The notes beneath the pieces are model-generated. The model did no database searches. It was not told the origin of the DNA and saw only the letters and a list, made by a program, of their open reading frames with translations. Positions 35,235 to 48,960 of a stretch of 64,000 nt of DNA are shown here, piece by piece (position 1 is the first letter of the stretch; each line of letters begins with the position of its first letter). Location: NCBI RefSeq assembly GCF_035084215.1, contig NC_090339.1, positions 25,296,001 through 25,360,000 of the forward strand. The letters are read 5' to 3'. The position numbers and the translations under genes are program-made. This DNA is from Heptranchias perlo (taxonomy: Eukaryota).

Positions 35235-36925
35235 CATGCCACAGCACTGAAACAGTTCTAATCAAATTCACAAATGACATCCTATGTGACTTGTGGTGCA
35301 CTATCCCTCCTCATCCTTCTTGACCTGCCTGCAGCCTTTGACACAGTTGAACACACCATCCTTCTCGAACGCCCCTCTTCCGTTGTCCAGCTCGGGGGGG
35401 GGACTGCCCTTGTATGGTTCCAGTCTTACCTATCCAGTTGTAATCTCCTGCATTGGTTTCTCTTCCCACACCCACGTGCCCCCACCCCCACCCAACCCCC
35501 TGACCTATTTCTCATATACCATGCTGTCTTCGGCGACATCATCTGAAAATAAAACGTCAGGTTCCATGTGTACACTGATGACACTCAGCTCTACCTCGCC
35601 ATCACCACCTCTTGACCCCCCCCCCCCCCCCATTGCCTCTGTGTTGTCAGACCACTTGTCTGACATCCAGTCCTGGATGAGCCGAAATTTCCTCCAATTA
35701 ATCCTCCAATGGGAAGGGAAAAGCCATTGTCTTCGGCCTCCATCACAAACTCCGTTTCGTAGCCACTGATTCCAACCTGCTCCTTGTTCACTGTCTCAGC
35801 TAAACAAGACTATTCGCAGCCTTGTCATCTTATGTGACCCTGAGCTGAGCGTCTGACCCCATAACCTGTCCATCACAAAGACCGTCTACTTCTACCTCCG
35901 TAATATTGCCCGTCTCTGCCCTTGCCACAGCCCATTTTCTGCTGAAACCCTCATCCATACTTTTGTTACCTCCAGACTCGATTATTCTAATACTGTCCTG
36001 ATCGGCCTCCCACCTTCCACCCTCCATAAACTTGAGCTCAAACAAAACTCTGCTGCCCGTATCCTATGTTGCACCGTCCTGTTCTCCCATCACCCTGTGC
36101 TCGCTGACGTACATTGGCTCCTGCTCCACCAACTCCTCGATTGTAAAATTCTCATCTCTGTTCAAATCCCTCTATGGCTTTGCCCCTCCCTATCTCTGTA
36201 ACCTCCTCCAACCCTCCGAGAACTCTGCATTCCTCCAACTTTGGTCTCTTGTTCCCCTCTTCCTTTGCCTCATTATTGGCGATGCACCTTCAGCCATCAG
36301 GGTCCCATGCTTTGGAATTCCCTCCCTTCTCCACTTCGCTCCCCTCCTTTAAAACGCTCCTTAAAACATAACATAAGAAATAGGAGCTGTAGTGGGCCAT
36401 AGGATCCCTCGAGCCTACTCTGCTATTCAATAAGATCATGGCTGATCTTGTACCTCAACTCCACTTTCCTGCCCTATCCCCATATCCCTTGATTCCTGTA
36501 GACTCCAAAAATCTAATAATCTAGGCCTTGAATATACTCAACGATTGAGCATTTCCAGCAGTCTGGGGTAGAGAATTCCAAAGATTCACAACCCTCTGAG
36601 TGAAGACATTTTCCCTCATCTCAGTCCTAAATGGCCGGCCCCTTATCTTGAGACTATGATCCCTAGTTCTGGACTCTCTAGCCAGGGGAAACAGCCCCTC
36701 AGCATCTACCCTATCAAGCCCTCTAAGAATATTATACATTTCAATGGGATCACCTCTCATTCTTCTAAACTCCAGAGAATATACCTCTCTGACCAAGCTT
36801 TTTGTCACCTGCCCTAATGTCTCCTTTGGCTTAGTGTCAATTTATGTCTGATTACACTCCTGTGAAGCACCTTGGGATGTTTTACTACATCAAAGGCACT
36901 ATATAAATGCAAGTTATTGTTGTTG
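35235..36925 (+). mobile_element. Decayed L2 LINE 3' half, interrupted by a CR1 fragment
   Basis: LLDLPAAFDTVEHTILL RT remnant; L2 tail at about 36860-36925. Confidence 0.85.
36366..36785 (-). mobile_element. CR1 3' fragment nested in L2
   Basis: Minus ORF SLEFRRMRGDPIEMYNILRGLDRVD...QRVVNLWNSLP; acataacataagaaatagg tail. Confidence 0.9.
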
Positions 36926-37229
36926 CATGTTGTGGGTCAGAATTCCTGATCTCGCTACAGTTTTATGTGTATTATAGCTGAATCTCCTAGAGCAGTAGCA
37001 ACAGTTAGGAGTCAGGTGCAGCAATAGGAGTTTGGAGAGAGGGATAGTGCCAGAGGGAATGGGAAGTGGGGAGAATAGTTCCACGATGAACTGTAGAGAG
37101 GATGGAGGAGGGCAGGAAGAATAGGGGGGAAGAGGAAGACAGTGCCAGTGTGAATGAGGAGAGGGGAAGATTGTGAATGTGAGCTGGGGAAAGGAGAGAG
37201 AAGAGTTCCAGTGTGAAACGAGGGAGAAA

Positions 37230-37680
37230 AAAGAACTTGCATGTATATAGTGCCTTAACACGTCCACAGGACGTCCATAAGTACTTTAAAGTCAATCGAC
37301 TAATTTCTGAAATGTAGTCACTGTTGTTATGTCGGGAAATATGGCAACCAATTTGGCACACAGCAAAGTCCCACGAGTAGCAGATGAACACATGACTAGA
37401 TCATTTGTTTTTTAGTGGTGGATGAAGGAAGAATTTTTTGCCAAGAGACACTGGAAGAACTCCTTGCTCTTCTCTAAATATTGTCATGGCATCTTTTATG
37501 TTCACTTGAGCTAGTAGAGAGGGCCTTAGTTTAACATCTCATCAACAAGATGGCACCTCCAACAATGTAATAGTCCCTCAGAACTGTTCTGAAGTGTCAG
37601 ACTAGATTATATGCTGAAGTCTGCAGTGGAGCTTTAACCTATAAGCTTCTGAGTCAGAGGCGAGTGTCACCAAGTTGATA
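37230..37680 (-). mobile_element. Deu-domain SINE (SacSINE1/AmnSINE1-like)
   Basis: Colinear with the other four copies. Confidence 0.75.
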
Positions 37681-39666
37681 CAGGAAGAGAAAATTATCTC
37701 TGAACTGGGAAAGGAGGGGGAGGGATTAGTAAACAATTTGACATTCAATAAAACAATTTAACAATCAGTTAGCAACAGAGAATACAAATAACATATTCAA
37801 AATAACATGCAATTTCTCTGCAAGAAATGAGGAAAAATCAATCTTCTTCAGTTTTCCAATGGTCCTGCTCATGACCAGAACAGACATGAGAATTGGGTCA
37901 GTTCTGCTGATAAGTACTATAAACACTCTGTCCAGTTTACCATCGATTTTATTTACATTTATCTATATGATATATAATTAAGCCTCGAGTCTAGCTTGCA
38001 TTCTGTAGCAAAACTGTGTGTAGTTCGTACCGTTGTACTTTTCTGATTGGCCAAGATTTCCCAGGAACATTAAAACTATCAAATTTTACATGAATCAAAA
38101 TGTTTTAATTTCTACTGTATCTTCTAAAGCACCATGAGCAATGAGAGATCCTCTAGTTTTGTTTAAAATGTGATAATTTAAAAATATTTTATTATTGCAC
38201 CAATTGTATTCTAGTCTGGACTATTTTTTGAATTTTGTCTATTATAAATGCTAATGCCTCCCATTTTTATGTGGGGCAGCTTTCGCATCTTAACAGAAGA
38301 TTTTGACTGTCATCTTCAAAATCATAGTGATTAAAGATGGGAATTGGGAACCAGTACATTCCTAATAGGCTAGCATTTAATGAATCAAGTTTGACCTGTG
38401 TACATATCAGTGATCTTTTTCTACTCCAGTGACATTGTGAGTGGTATTCCTCCATCATGTCATCAAAACATAACCTAATAACATCACATGATGAGGAGTC
38501 GACTGCAAAATGCTGAATCTAACCAGCAGTCCAAAATATAAACAAGATAATTAAGGGAGATTGAAAGACACTGGTAAAAGTGCAGGTATCACCCTTTGTA
38601 ATACTTCAGGAATATGGAACAATTTGGTCAACTACATTTCCCCTTTAATCAAGGTACTAAGCCACGGGTCACCCACGATGAATGTATTAAGTCTGCATAT
38701 GAGAGAGGTGATTGGTGGGATGAAATGGTTTCGGGAGGGGGGTGGCGCGGGTAATGAACTGAAATATGGATTGATCTCTTGCACTGGTGATCCAATCTAG
38801 GGACCCAGATGGTATGTGAATGTATAGTTCTTTTTTTTTTGCCACTCTCCCACTCAGAATATTAATGATGATTGGTACAACAGAATCTAGCCTACTGAAA
38901 ATGATAGTCATCACTGCCCAGAGTCCTTTTCCCAAGCTGGTTTTAAAGAATACTTGTATTCGTCCCCAATGATGAAGTGAGTGAGCACATAAAGGGTACT
39001 CCTGTCAGTTGTATTTCTGATGAGTTTGGAAATTCAACCATTGCACATACAGTAGAGAGCTGGGCCTGCTGACTGTGAGATGTCATGATCATACTCTCAT
39101 AGTCTGACAGTACCTCATAGAATCATAGAATGATACAGCACAGAAGGAGGCTATTTGGCCCATCGTGCCTGTGCTGGCTCTTTGAAAGAGATAAGTGACC
39201 AGTAATTGGCAATTTATTACATCAACTATAACAACCAGAAAATCATGAAAATTTAAAACTTGAGATTCATCCATGTTGAGACTGGCAGCTCTCTGGGGTG
39301 GAATGGATTCCATGTCCATTGCAATATGTCTTTAATTGTTCAGTGCTGCAGCTGATAATTTTATTTTATATCTGCTTGTTCATTTAAAGGAATACAGGAT
39401 AATGCTGTATAATGAGTTTCCTTACTTATAACCTAGCACTAATTATCAATAAAAATATTCATTCTTTTATTTTTAAAATACATTTACATATAGCTGTGCT
39501 TCTGATATGCGCTAACATCCTTCCTCTTTATATGGAGGTCCAGATGTGAAGTATAAGTATTTAAAGACTTGCATTTAGTTGAGTGTCGCCAATTCCTTTC
39601 CCTGCCACTCAGTTTGCTCCATTTTAGTATCTTTCAATCATTAACAGATACTCCAGTAAGGGTCAT

Positions 39667-39796
39667 NNNNNNNNNNNNNNNNNNNNNNNNNNNNNNNNNN
39701 NNNNNNNNNNNNNNNNNNNNNNNNNNNNNNNNNNNNNNNNNNNNNNNNNNNNNNNNNNNNNNNNNNNNNNNNNNNNNNNNNNNNNNNNNNNNNNNN
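39667..39796. other. Assembly gap (130 N)
   Basis: Run of N. Confidence 1.
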
Positions 39797-40439
39797 ATAG
39801 CGCGCCTTGGCGCATGTCTCCAGTCTTTTATTTCAGCTGGGGAAAGTGGAATAGGGAAACAAAGGGAGGGGAGCAGAAATATTTAAAGAAAATCAGTGCA
39901 ATAGCATAAAAGCTGCGATTTGCATACCTGCTAATTGCTGCAGTTGATTTAGGTTAGTTTGTGCGTGTTAATTTGTGAAATTATTGATTTCTGACTGGCG
40001 CCTGGCTGCGGTGTGAATCTCCCGTTGTGCAGTATTTAAGATGTTTTTGTGAAGGCCACATTTGCTGAGTGTATTGTATTTCTCCTTTACCCAGTCATAT
40101 AAAATACATTTCAAGAACTGAGGTGGCATTTTGATGTAATTTCCAATGTTCCGTGTAATCTTTAAAAAAAATTTGCTCTGGGTAGGAATCCCTACAACTG
40201 GTGCCCATGACACTCTGATGTCTAATTGGGCATCAGCAAGAGCACTTGATTAGAGTCAGTCTCTGAATTAAGTTGTAACATGTGGCTGTTGTGTTTGACC
40301 TAACAACTGGCTGATAATTAATGTACCCATTTAGGTGAGGTCCTGTGATCAGCAACCCTAATCCTCGGGTTTACAGTCTTCTGGTTTGATTTGGCCACTC
40401 ATCTATTACTACTAATAATAACTTTTGTCTTGTTCATAG

Positions 40440-40485
40440 GTATATGTGTTCTACCCAGGGAAGAACTTCTGCAGGCTAGCAAGAA
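40440..40485 (+). other. Candidate PRRG3 5' exon ending in A (would form A|TG with the Gla exon)
   Basis: Branch-like ACTAAT at 40411, ttttgtcttgttcatag| acceptor, GAA|GTGAGT donor. Confidence 0.4.
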
Positions 40486-40699
40486 GTGAGTAGAATCATT
40501 TTCGTTAATGATTTTATTTCAGAACTTAAATTGAAAGATTTAAACACCTTTTCTTCAATTAATAACAGCATTGTCTCAGTGCCACCCAGATTGGAAATTT
40601 TTGAGTGCCTTACTTTGTGGGATTGATAATCTGGGGTGTTTTGTAAATTTAGAAAACCATACATTGTTTATAAATCTTATAGCAGAAGTCTGTACAGTT

Positions 40700-41460
40700 A
40701 TCATGTTAGAAATTGCCAGGACAATTCACTATAAATAAAAACAAACCATTTTGTCCTTGTATAAGACTTTGGTTAGGCCTCACTTAGAATACTGTATCCA
40801 GCTTTGGTCCCCTTACATGGTGGATGTTGTAGATGCCTTGGAAAAGGTTCAGAGGAGGGCCACAAGAATGATACCAAGCTTAAAACACCTTAGCTACCCA
40901 GAAAGGCTTAAAAAGCTCGGCCTATTTAGTCTAGAGATTTGTAGGCTCCGGGGTGATCTTATAGAGATGTTTAAGATAATTAAGGGACTAGACTGTATTC
41001 ATAGTCACAGACTATTTCAATTCGATAGGTTAGGGAGGACCGGGGTCATGCGTACAAGTTACCAGGGGCGAAACTAGGTTGGGTGTCGGGAGGTGGTTCT
41101 TTTCCCAGAGGATAGTACACATATGGAACAAATTGCCGGCTCGTATTGATTCGCTGCATACCTTCAAAAGAGAGCTGGACCAGTTCCTGCCTATGGTGGA
41201 GATCACGGCATACAAAGGTAGGTAGAATGCTAAATAATATAAATCATGGTCAATGTGATCTCCTGGACTAGTTTCAATCGTCTAAAGGGTTCAGGATTTT
41301 CCCCAATATTTTCCTCCTAAATTCGCCCTGGGTTTTTAAATTTTTTTGCCTTTCCCAAGAGATTACATAGCTGGTGGCGGATGGGGGTGTTATGAATCAC
41401 GACTCTGTGGGGTAGGCTCAATGGATTAGCTGGTCTTTTCTTGTCTATCATTTTCGTATG
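40700..41460 (+). mobile_element. CR1 3' fragment with long 3'UTR
   Basis: LYKTLVRPHLEYCIQLWSPY...LEKVQRRATRMIP...LRGDLIEMFKII. Confidence 0.9.
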
Positions 41461-44178
41461 TTTGTAAATGAAGCTGTCACTGCGGTCCCCATGGACCTGT
41501 TTGAGTCACTCCTTGTCACTAGTGCTGGTTTTGCTTACAGCTCCTTTCTCATTCAAATAACTGCATCAGGAACTATCTTCACTATTTCTTTCACGTCTAC
41601 AAGAGCTGGGATATGTTGTCTGTTCATCTTTCTTACCTTCCTTTTAGATTTCAAACTTCCATGCACACACTTTCATCAGTCTGTTTACAGGTTTAATACA
41701 TTAGGATTGTCTAAACTAATTATATATTTCACATCAGGAATTAATTTTTAATTTCTAGGAGGGAAGATTAAATTAAAAAGACAGCACATTCTGAACCTGT
41801 GTCCTTGACATGACATTACCATTCCATTATGAAGTGTGCCCTCTTGCTCCCGGCTCTCCCAATACTGCTGCGTAACTAACTGTTAGAAGGTGTGCTTTCA
41901 CACTGATTTTTTTAACTCCTCCCTTCCCATGGAGAAGTCCCTCCTCTGCACATGCACCTCCACCTCACCTCACCATGTTTGGTGGAGTGTGAATTTGGAA
42001 TTCTCACTTCTGAAACCTCAGTGAATCACAATGTTGACTCCAAGCAATGTGAGCAGGAACCTGGCCAGAAAGACAGTGCCAGCACCTTCAGGGTCATTTA
42101 CACAGAAAAACTGAAGACAAATGCATGTTCTGCTAGCATGCCCTTTAAATGAAAATATGACCATCCTAGTTGGTTGTAAGGTTTCACTGAATGAGCCTGT
42201 ATTTCCATCTAATGGCCGCCAAGAATGCTTTCCCTAAGATTTCTTTTGAATATTCCAGATTAGAATTGGAGGTACAAACATTATCAATATACTCCCTGAA
42301 TGCAATCCCAAAGGAGTTAATTGGCTTAGGATGTTGATTGTAGGGGAGGATGCTACCTCCCATAACCTGAAGTTTTGAGGTATGGCTCTGCATTGAAACT
42401 AAATGAGGGTTCGTAAAATGCTTGAGTGCATAATGAACTGAACACTCTCACTCTGTATGTAAGATATTTTGGAGCCTGACCCCAGTTGCTTTACAGGTGT
42501 AGGGAATGGAGGAAGATCTTACTGTCTGGTCGAACTGGGGTCAGCTTTTCTTTTCCAGTTATTGGGGGAAAAAATGAATTGCATTCTGGCAGGAACTGTA
42601 ATCAGAACAAGCTGGTGCTCCTTTAGTGCCACATTAACACACTCCAGTTTTTAATTTTAAAAAAACACATGCTAGGAAGATGTGCTGTTTTACTGTGGTT
42701 TATTGTATGTGATTTGATTATGCACAACAGAATTTGATTTGAGACTTTAGAGCACAGCTTTGGCTCAGAATATAAAGTGTTCTGACTTTAAGGGTTCATT
42801 TACATCACAAGCTCCATGACTGAATATCTGACTTGTGCTTAGTCCCAAATTGGAGAATGCAGTAAATCAAGAACAGTAATGAAGCTTACGGTATTCCAGG
42901 TTAAGGTTGTCACAGTGTGACTTCTTTACCCTGTGCTAATTTGTTTTTTTTTAAATGACTGTATAATGTAACTATCATCACATTACGGTGAAATATGATC
43001 CTTTCTGTCGTGGCGGAATATCTGACATGGAATATCCTCAGTGAAAGAGAGAGGTTTGAGCTGCACTATATAATACTTTGATGCCTGCCTAATAGTTTTC
43101 ATTGCATTATACAGAAGCAAGTAATTAAATCTTATATTTCAGTAATGCCATCAACTCCTAATCTTACTTTATTAATGCATTACAAAAGATGATTTTACTG
43201 CTCGTCACAACTTCAGTAGTAACAGAGACCCTATTTTTCTGGGATCTCTTGACCTGCCTGCAGTTCCACTGGTAAATACATTGAGTTGGCTGCAAATGGA
43301 ATTCCTCAGATATCGTTACTTTGTTCATTCATTCGTGAATTCGTCAAAATTACAAAGGTCGTTTGCATATGTACAGAACTAGTAGATTCCTGAATCTACA
43401 TCAAGGCTGGTTCCACTTTAATGCGAGAGAACAGTACATGAGGGTTGCTCTTCCTCGAGCTGTAATCTGCTATAATGTAAAAGCACTGTGATAGTGCAAG
43501 CACACTGTATCAAGTGTATTGTATTTCATGATATAGTTTCTACATTTGCAGTTATTCCCTTAACTGTTGACAATCCTGTGTTACTGACACCTTATTATGC
43601 TAATATCTTAAAGGCTCATGGCCAAAATGTTGACCTGTCTTTCTGTTTCAGGTAGTGGTTGACCTCTTCATTTTCAATATTTTGTGTGTATATTTTGTTT
43701 TCAGAAATTGACCCTTTTCCTTTATCCAAGTTAAAGGACTTCATTGGGGTCTTTTTAAAAAGCCACTTTCTCTCAATCTGCCAACATGATTGACCAGTAA
43801 CAAGGTATTGTCCAATCTGTGATTGGTGTCAGGCCACTGCAATGTCTCAAACCCTGGTAAGCCACTGATCACTGCAGTGTGTTTCAGCCTTGGTCAGTTC
43901 CAGACCCTTGCAATGTTTTCCAATCCTGGTCAGCACAGACCGACCTTTGCAATGTATCCTTCTGTGTTTATTCATGAATGGCAAACTCCATGAGGTGTAT
44001 ATCTCTTAGCAGGTCAAACCAGATGTAACACAGTTGTGACTTTATCACTGTTGTGTTATGGTATTTGAGTCCAGTCATTCATATAAATGTTTTATCTCAC
44101 ATATAGCTGCAAGGTATCCTGTAGGTTTCTGCAGGTATTGAAAATCTTTCTTAGGCTTATTCAGAAATGTCCTAGTAA

Positions 44179-44400
<222 letters not shown>

Positions 44401-44559
44401 TGATGTGAGTAAAGTCTAATTAGTACTTCATATACATTTCATTATTGTGTACACACTGTTATTTGCTTCATCCAGCATGATTAAATATGATTCCTGAACT
44501 TTTAGCAGATTCCACACTGGGTACCAGGTACTGCTCCCGGTGCAGCTGTGGGATATAGT

Positions 44560-44940
44560 GATGTAGATAGAAATGTGCCACCTGTTGTGCTACTGAGCTG
44601 TACAGTTCAGGAAGGTCAGAGATTGATTCCCAGTTTTTGCGGAATAAACTGAACTAACCCAGGTGGGTAGTGTTAACGACACAACAATTCGCCCCAGAGT
44701 CCTTCGATTAGGGATAGGAAAAATCAGTCAGGGTTCATGCTACAAATTACTACAAAGTGACCCCAGCTGGAAAATTCTGATATGTGAATGCCAATTGAAG
44801 GCAGGGTTAGAATTGTCTCTGATGCTCTCCATGGTTCAATAGCGTGCTGCTGCTGATTGCCACGGTTTACATATGAAGAATGGCTACTTGAGTGAGGCAC
44901 CACAGGGCTGCTGACACCATTGCTGTACCCCAGCTCTGAC
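44560..44940 (+). mobile_element. Ancient tRNA-derived SINE (AmnSINE2-like)
   Basis: ctgagctgtacagttcaggaaggtc head, aaaaatcagtcagggttc core, atgaagaatggctacttg 3' part. Confidence 0.55.
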
Positions 44941-45479
44941 AAAAAAAAAAGAAATTTGAGACCACCATTTGTTGCCTGGTTTATACCGATACCTGTAACC
45001 TGCTTCTATTTTCAGACATCTTTAATCTAAAGTGTTATATTGTTCCATCTATTCTTGAGCATTATTTGAAGTAGCTCTCAAAGGAATTTGATTTCAATAA
45101 AAAAACAATTAATTTTTTGCTGTTTCAGCTTTATGCTTCAGAAGCAGCTTTTAGTAGTTCTAGTTTTTAATGGGCACTGGTGTTGTTGGAAAGTCGTCAG
45201 GGTATTTTTCCAATGAGGTTTATTAACATGAATGCAATGACATTACCACTTTCTAAAATGTCACTGCATGAAAAATTTGTAAAATTACACATAATGCTTT
45301 TCCTTGCCTGCAATGGGAACAATCTACCTGGATGAGCTAGAGTTTGAGGTGCTGGCATGTGCTGCAGTAAAAGCTGTTTGGCAGCATTGTGACTATGTGT
45401 AATATGGCATAAAATATCCAGTGTGGACAGAATTTCAAAAGATATTTTGGAATTGAACGATGGGTTTGCACACTGTCTT

Positions 45480-45900
45480 TGCATCTCTGGGAATTCTGTT
45501 TGAATCTAGCACAGACTGATGAAATAAAGTCCTTCTCCAATGGCTTGTTGTAAAGGTCCTATAGGAAATGGAGTTCCTAATGAACACGAGTCTGCAGCCC
45601 ATAATTTGGCCCAAAACAGCAGTCCTATTCGGAGAGGCTCATGTGGAAAATGAAAATGCCACTGATACATTGAGAGGCAAAGAAAATTTTCTGAGTTTGA
45701 GCTAAGGCATATTGTGGGGGCAAAGTTGAAGGAGCTTTATCCAGCACCTAACCTATGCTTTACCTGACCTGGGATTACTTAATGGGCAGAGTAGTGGGAG
45801 CTTTATGCTACACGTAACCGGTGCCATTCTTGATCTGGGAGTGCATGATAGGACAGTGTTGAGGGAACTTTACTTTGCATTAAACATTCCTAGGTTACAT
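45480..45900 (+). mobile_element. LF-SINE-like element with tandemly iterated 3' unit of about 65 bp
   Basis: Similar to 13690-14040; ggagcttta...taacc...ctggga unit iterated about three times. Confidence 0.45.
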
Positions 45901-46259
45901 GTAGTATGGATTAAATAGTGAAATTGGATGACAAAGTGCAAAAATATCATGTTCTCTAGTGCTGAGATCCTTACTTTGAGCACATTATTAGACACAAAAA
46001 AAACCACACTGGAATATGAGGTTGCTTGATGGTGTACAGCTTTTATGTCAAAGTATTATGTTATGGAGGGGAGGGTGACAAATTCTCCCCTGCAATTCAC
46101 CAAACACTGAGTTCTCAGTCTTAAATGGGCAGTTTGGGGAAAGTACTTCCCCCAGAGTACAGAAAGTTAAATTGTGGTCATACCTAACCTTTTAATTTTT
46201 TTTTGTCCTGCCCTCACTTCCATTCCTCCTCCTGAAGGTAGTAAGTCATTGTCACTCCC

Positions 46260-46600
46260 TGCAGCATCTCACCCAAGTGGAGATTCTTTGTGTGTAAGCC
46301 TGAAGTTAGAATGTTAGTAGATTATTTGACTGCAGGGGGCATCACAGCTAAGCGTGATCCTGTTCTCAGTGTGTGTGTTCAGACACCGACTATCAACAGG
46401 GAGGATCACTGAATGGTGATCAAGAGCAGCAAGCCTGGCTGATTTTCGCCTCCTAATCCAGAAGTGCTGAAGCTAATTGTAGTGTTCCTCTTGCCACACT
46501 GGCTGAGAGCTGCTAATCAATACAGACTGGGATATCAAACTTGAGATCTTGCTGATCCATATTGCTCAGCTACTCACTGGATTAACTTTCTGAGCCAGTG
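46260..46600 (-). mobile_element. Ancient tRNA-derived SINE (AmnSINE2-like)
   Basis: Reverse complement of the 44560 family (cctggctgattttc, gggcatcacagc). Confidence 0.55.
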
Positions 46601-47047
46601 GCAGAACACATTTTTTCTTTCTTTGTAGATCCACATGTACAAGCGTGGGGGCATTTATACTGTGGGATGCAGCCAATGAAGGAAGACCCATGCATCTCCT
46701 GTCAACTGTGCTCTTGTAATGTAAAAACACTTTAGAGCAGCCTCGTGTGGGGTGACTGACTTTATATTTATTTTTCCTTGCTCACCTGTGGGGAAAAGTC
46801 TAGCCTCTGCCTAGTGCCTTCCTACAGTGGTAACACCTCAGATCAGCAACTCACATGAATGTATGCTCACTGATGCAGACAGGAAGTTCAATTATCACTC
46901 GGCATGTTAGCTGAGAGATCTTTTCTGGCCTGCAATAATGTGCAATAAGTAATGATTGTAACGTGATCTTGATAAAACTTAGGAGTTAATGGACTGGTTT
47001 CAAATCTGCAATCTTTTTTTCTTTTTCTCTTTTTCTCTTTTAAAAAG

Positions 47048-47602
47048 ATGGAGTTCTGGAAGGGATACACCAGCAATTTGTATACAACCCCCAGCAACAA
47101 CTCTGGTCTGCGTGTGGAGCGCACTGATGCAATCTATGTTGTCGTCCCTCTACTGGGCGTTGCACTCTTAATTGTTATTGCACTCTTTGTGATCTGGAGG
47201 TGTCAGCTGCAAAAGGCGACTCGACGCCGGCCGACCTACTCTCAGAACAGATATCTGACGAGCCGCACAGCACGGAGCCTGCCTCGGGTCCTTGTGCATC
47301 GGGAGACGTCACATGCTCAGACAGACCCATCTCATCATGAGCAGGGTACCAGACCTACTTTAGACCGTAGTGAGCCCAGTGCCCAGCCATCAAACAGAAC
47401 ACTATATGTGCAGGAACAATCTGCTTCGGTCTCTTCTAGGCTGTCCAATGCCACCCCCCCACCTTCATATGAAGAAGTTACCGGACATGTGGAAAGCAGC
47501 GGCGAGGAGACAACCACACCGTACAGTGACCCGCCACCAAAATATGAAGAGATCGTCAGAGTACATCCTGCTGTATCACGCCAGAACACCCCCAACAAAT
47601 AA
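47048..47602 (+). CDS. PRRG3: PRRG3 terminal coding exon (TM helix + PPxY motifs)
   Basis: Phase-0 acceptor; MEFWKGY...DAIYVVVPLLGVALLIVIALFVIWRCQLQKATR...PPPSYEEVT...YSDPPPKYEEIV closely matches recalled human PRRG3/TMG3. Confidence 0.96.
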   Translation: MEFWKGYTSNLYTTPSNNSGLRVERTDAIYVVVPLLGVALLIVIALFVIWRCQLQKATRRRPTYSQNRYLTSRTARSLPRVLVHRETSHAQTDPSHHEQGTRPTLDRSEPSAQPSNRTLYVQEQSASVSSRLSNATPPPSYEEVTGHVESSGEETTTPYSDPPPKYEEIVRVHPAVSRQNTPNK

Positions 47603-48859
47603 CTGGCTGGGGATTTGAGAGAACTTACTAATTCAGTGATAGCATGTCGATGTGAGAGACCTCTTGCTTTGAGACAACGGTGTCTACCTGTGGCTGCTTG
47701 GGTTAAATTTACTTCCAGAAACCACACAAGTGTCCAGGGCCATGGTGGCCCATAGCATTCGAGTAAAGCAGAGGTTTAGTATGATGATGAGGAGGTCGGT
47801 GGCAATCTGTGACTTTTTAAAACAAAATTGGGTTGTGCTGTGTCATGCAGGATGAATGTCTTGGAGAGACTATTCCAATTCATTATGCAGGGTAAAGGAG
47901 GTGTTTACCCCCTTAAGTACATGAAAAATACCCCAACTGTAGCCAAATTAAATTGAAAGGTCAGAATCAGCAGTGTGACTCATCGTTACCACTGTGGTGA
48001 TGGCAAACAACAGATTGATATTCGCTATATGTGATCCTATTTCTTTGTTAACACAGCACCACTGCCGATTGTGTCACATTTTCTCATTACTCACAAGGCT
48101 TGTGCACAAGCATGGAGAGTAAATGCTGTAAGAGTCTTAAGAAAATGCAGTGGCCTTGATCAATCCTTTGTTTGGGATCTGCAATGTATTCTTCTTAATT
48201 TAAGCACAGAAGAGAAGGTATGCCTTATAAGCAGACTTCTGGCTCCTCAGTTTATACTTGAAATAAACTTCAGGGAACGGGACAAAGCTCTCATGTGATA
48301 GGTTGAGAAATCTCCATTTCTAAAACTTGCCACTGCCACCAGATTGCAAGGTGCCAGAACCCCCCAATTCCGGATCTGGGAATTTTGTCCCACCTGCTTG
48401 TTCTCTGCTCTGATCAGCTGTGTACTGAAGTTTGGAATATTTAGATAAACATGGGGATTGATTGAAAGCTCACAGCTTAATTTGCTGGGTGTGACTGGAG
48501 ATTTACCAGTTAGGCAAGTATAAGTGCTTGCTGGGATAATTGGTGTGTTGTTTGGAAAAGAAATTACTAGTGGATTAGATGCCTAAAAGAAATATATTAA
48601 TAGTAATATATTAATAATTTCTATATCAAAAGGGGAAACCATCTCCTTCTCAAATTTTTTATGCTGAATTTTTATTGAATTTAAAAGAAACTGAAAGTGT
48701 AAATGTCTGCTTATTAAGGTAATTGGAATGGATGATTGCATGTTTCAGAGAGGTGATATTGAAGTTCTATACAATCTCTTGTTACTGGTGATGGACTGGG
48801 GTTGACAATTGTAAACAATTTTACAACACCAAGTTATAGTCCAGCAATTTTATTTTAAA

Positions 48860-48898
48860 TTCACAAGCTTTCGGAGGCTACCTCCTTCGTCAGGTGAA
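48860..48898 (-). ncRNA. Minimal type I hammerhead ribozyme motif
   Basis: TTCAC-CTGACGA-A-GGAGG-TAG-CCTCC-GAAA-GC-TT-GTGAA on minus strand. Confidence 0.75.
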
Positions 48899-48921
48899 CG
48901 ATGTGAACGATTTTCACATCG

Positions 48922-48960
48922 TTCACCTGACGAAGGAGGTAGCCTCCGAAAGCTTGTGAA
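48922..48960 (+). ncRNA. Minimal type I hammerhead ribozyme motif, sense to PRRG3
   Basis: Stem I TTCAC/GTGAA, core CTGACGA and GAAA, stem II GGAGG/CCTCC, palindromic AGCT stem III; predicted cut after 48955. Confidence 0.75.

Noticed and set aside
39569-39886. ORF spanning the N run
   Set aside because: Artefact of the assembly gap
43786-43804. Strong-Kozak ATG (GCCAACATG) with a phase-1 donor as the PRRG3 start exon
   Set aside because: In-frame TAA at 43798-43800 precedes the donor
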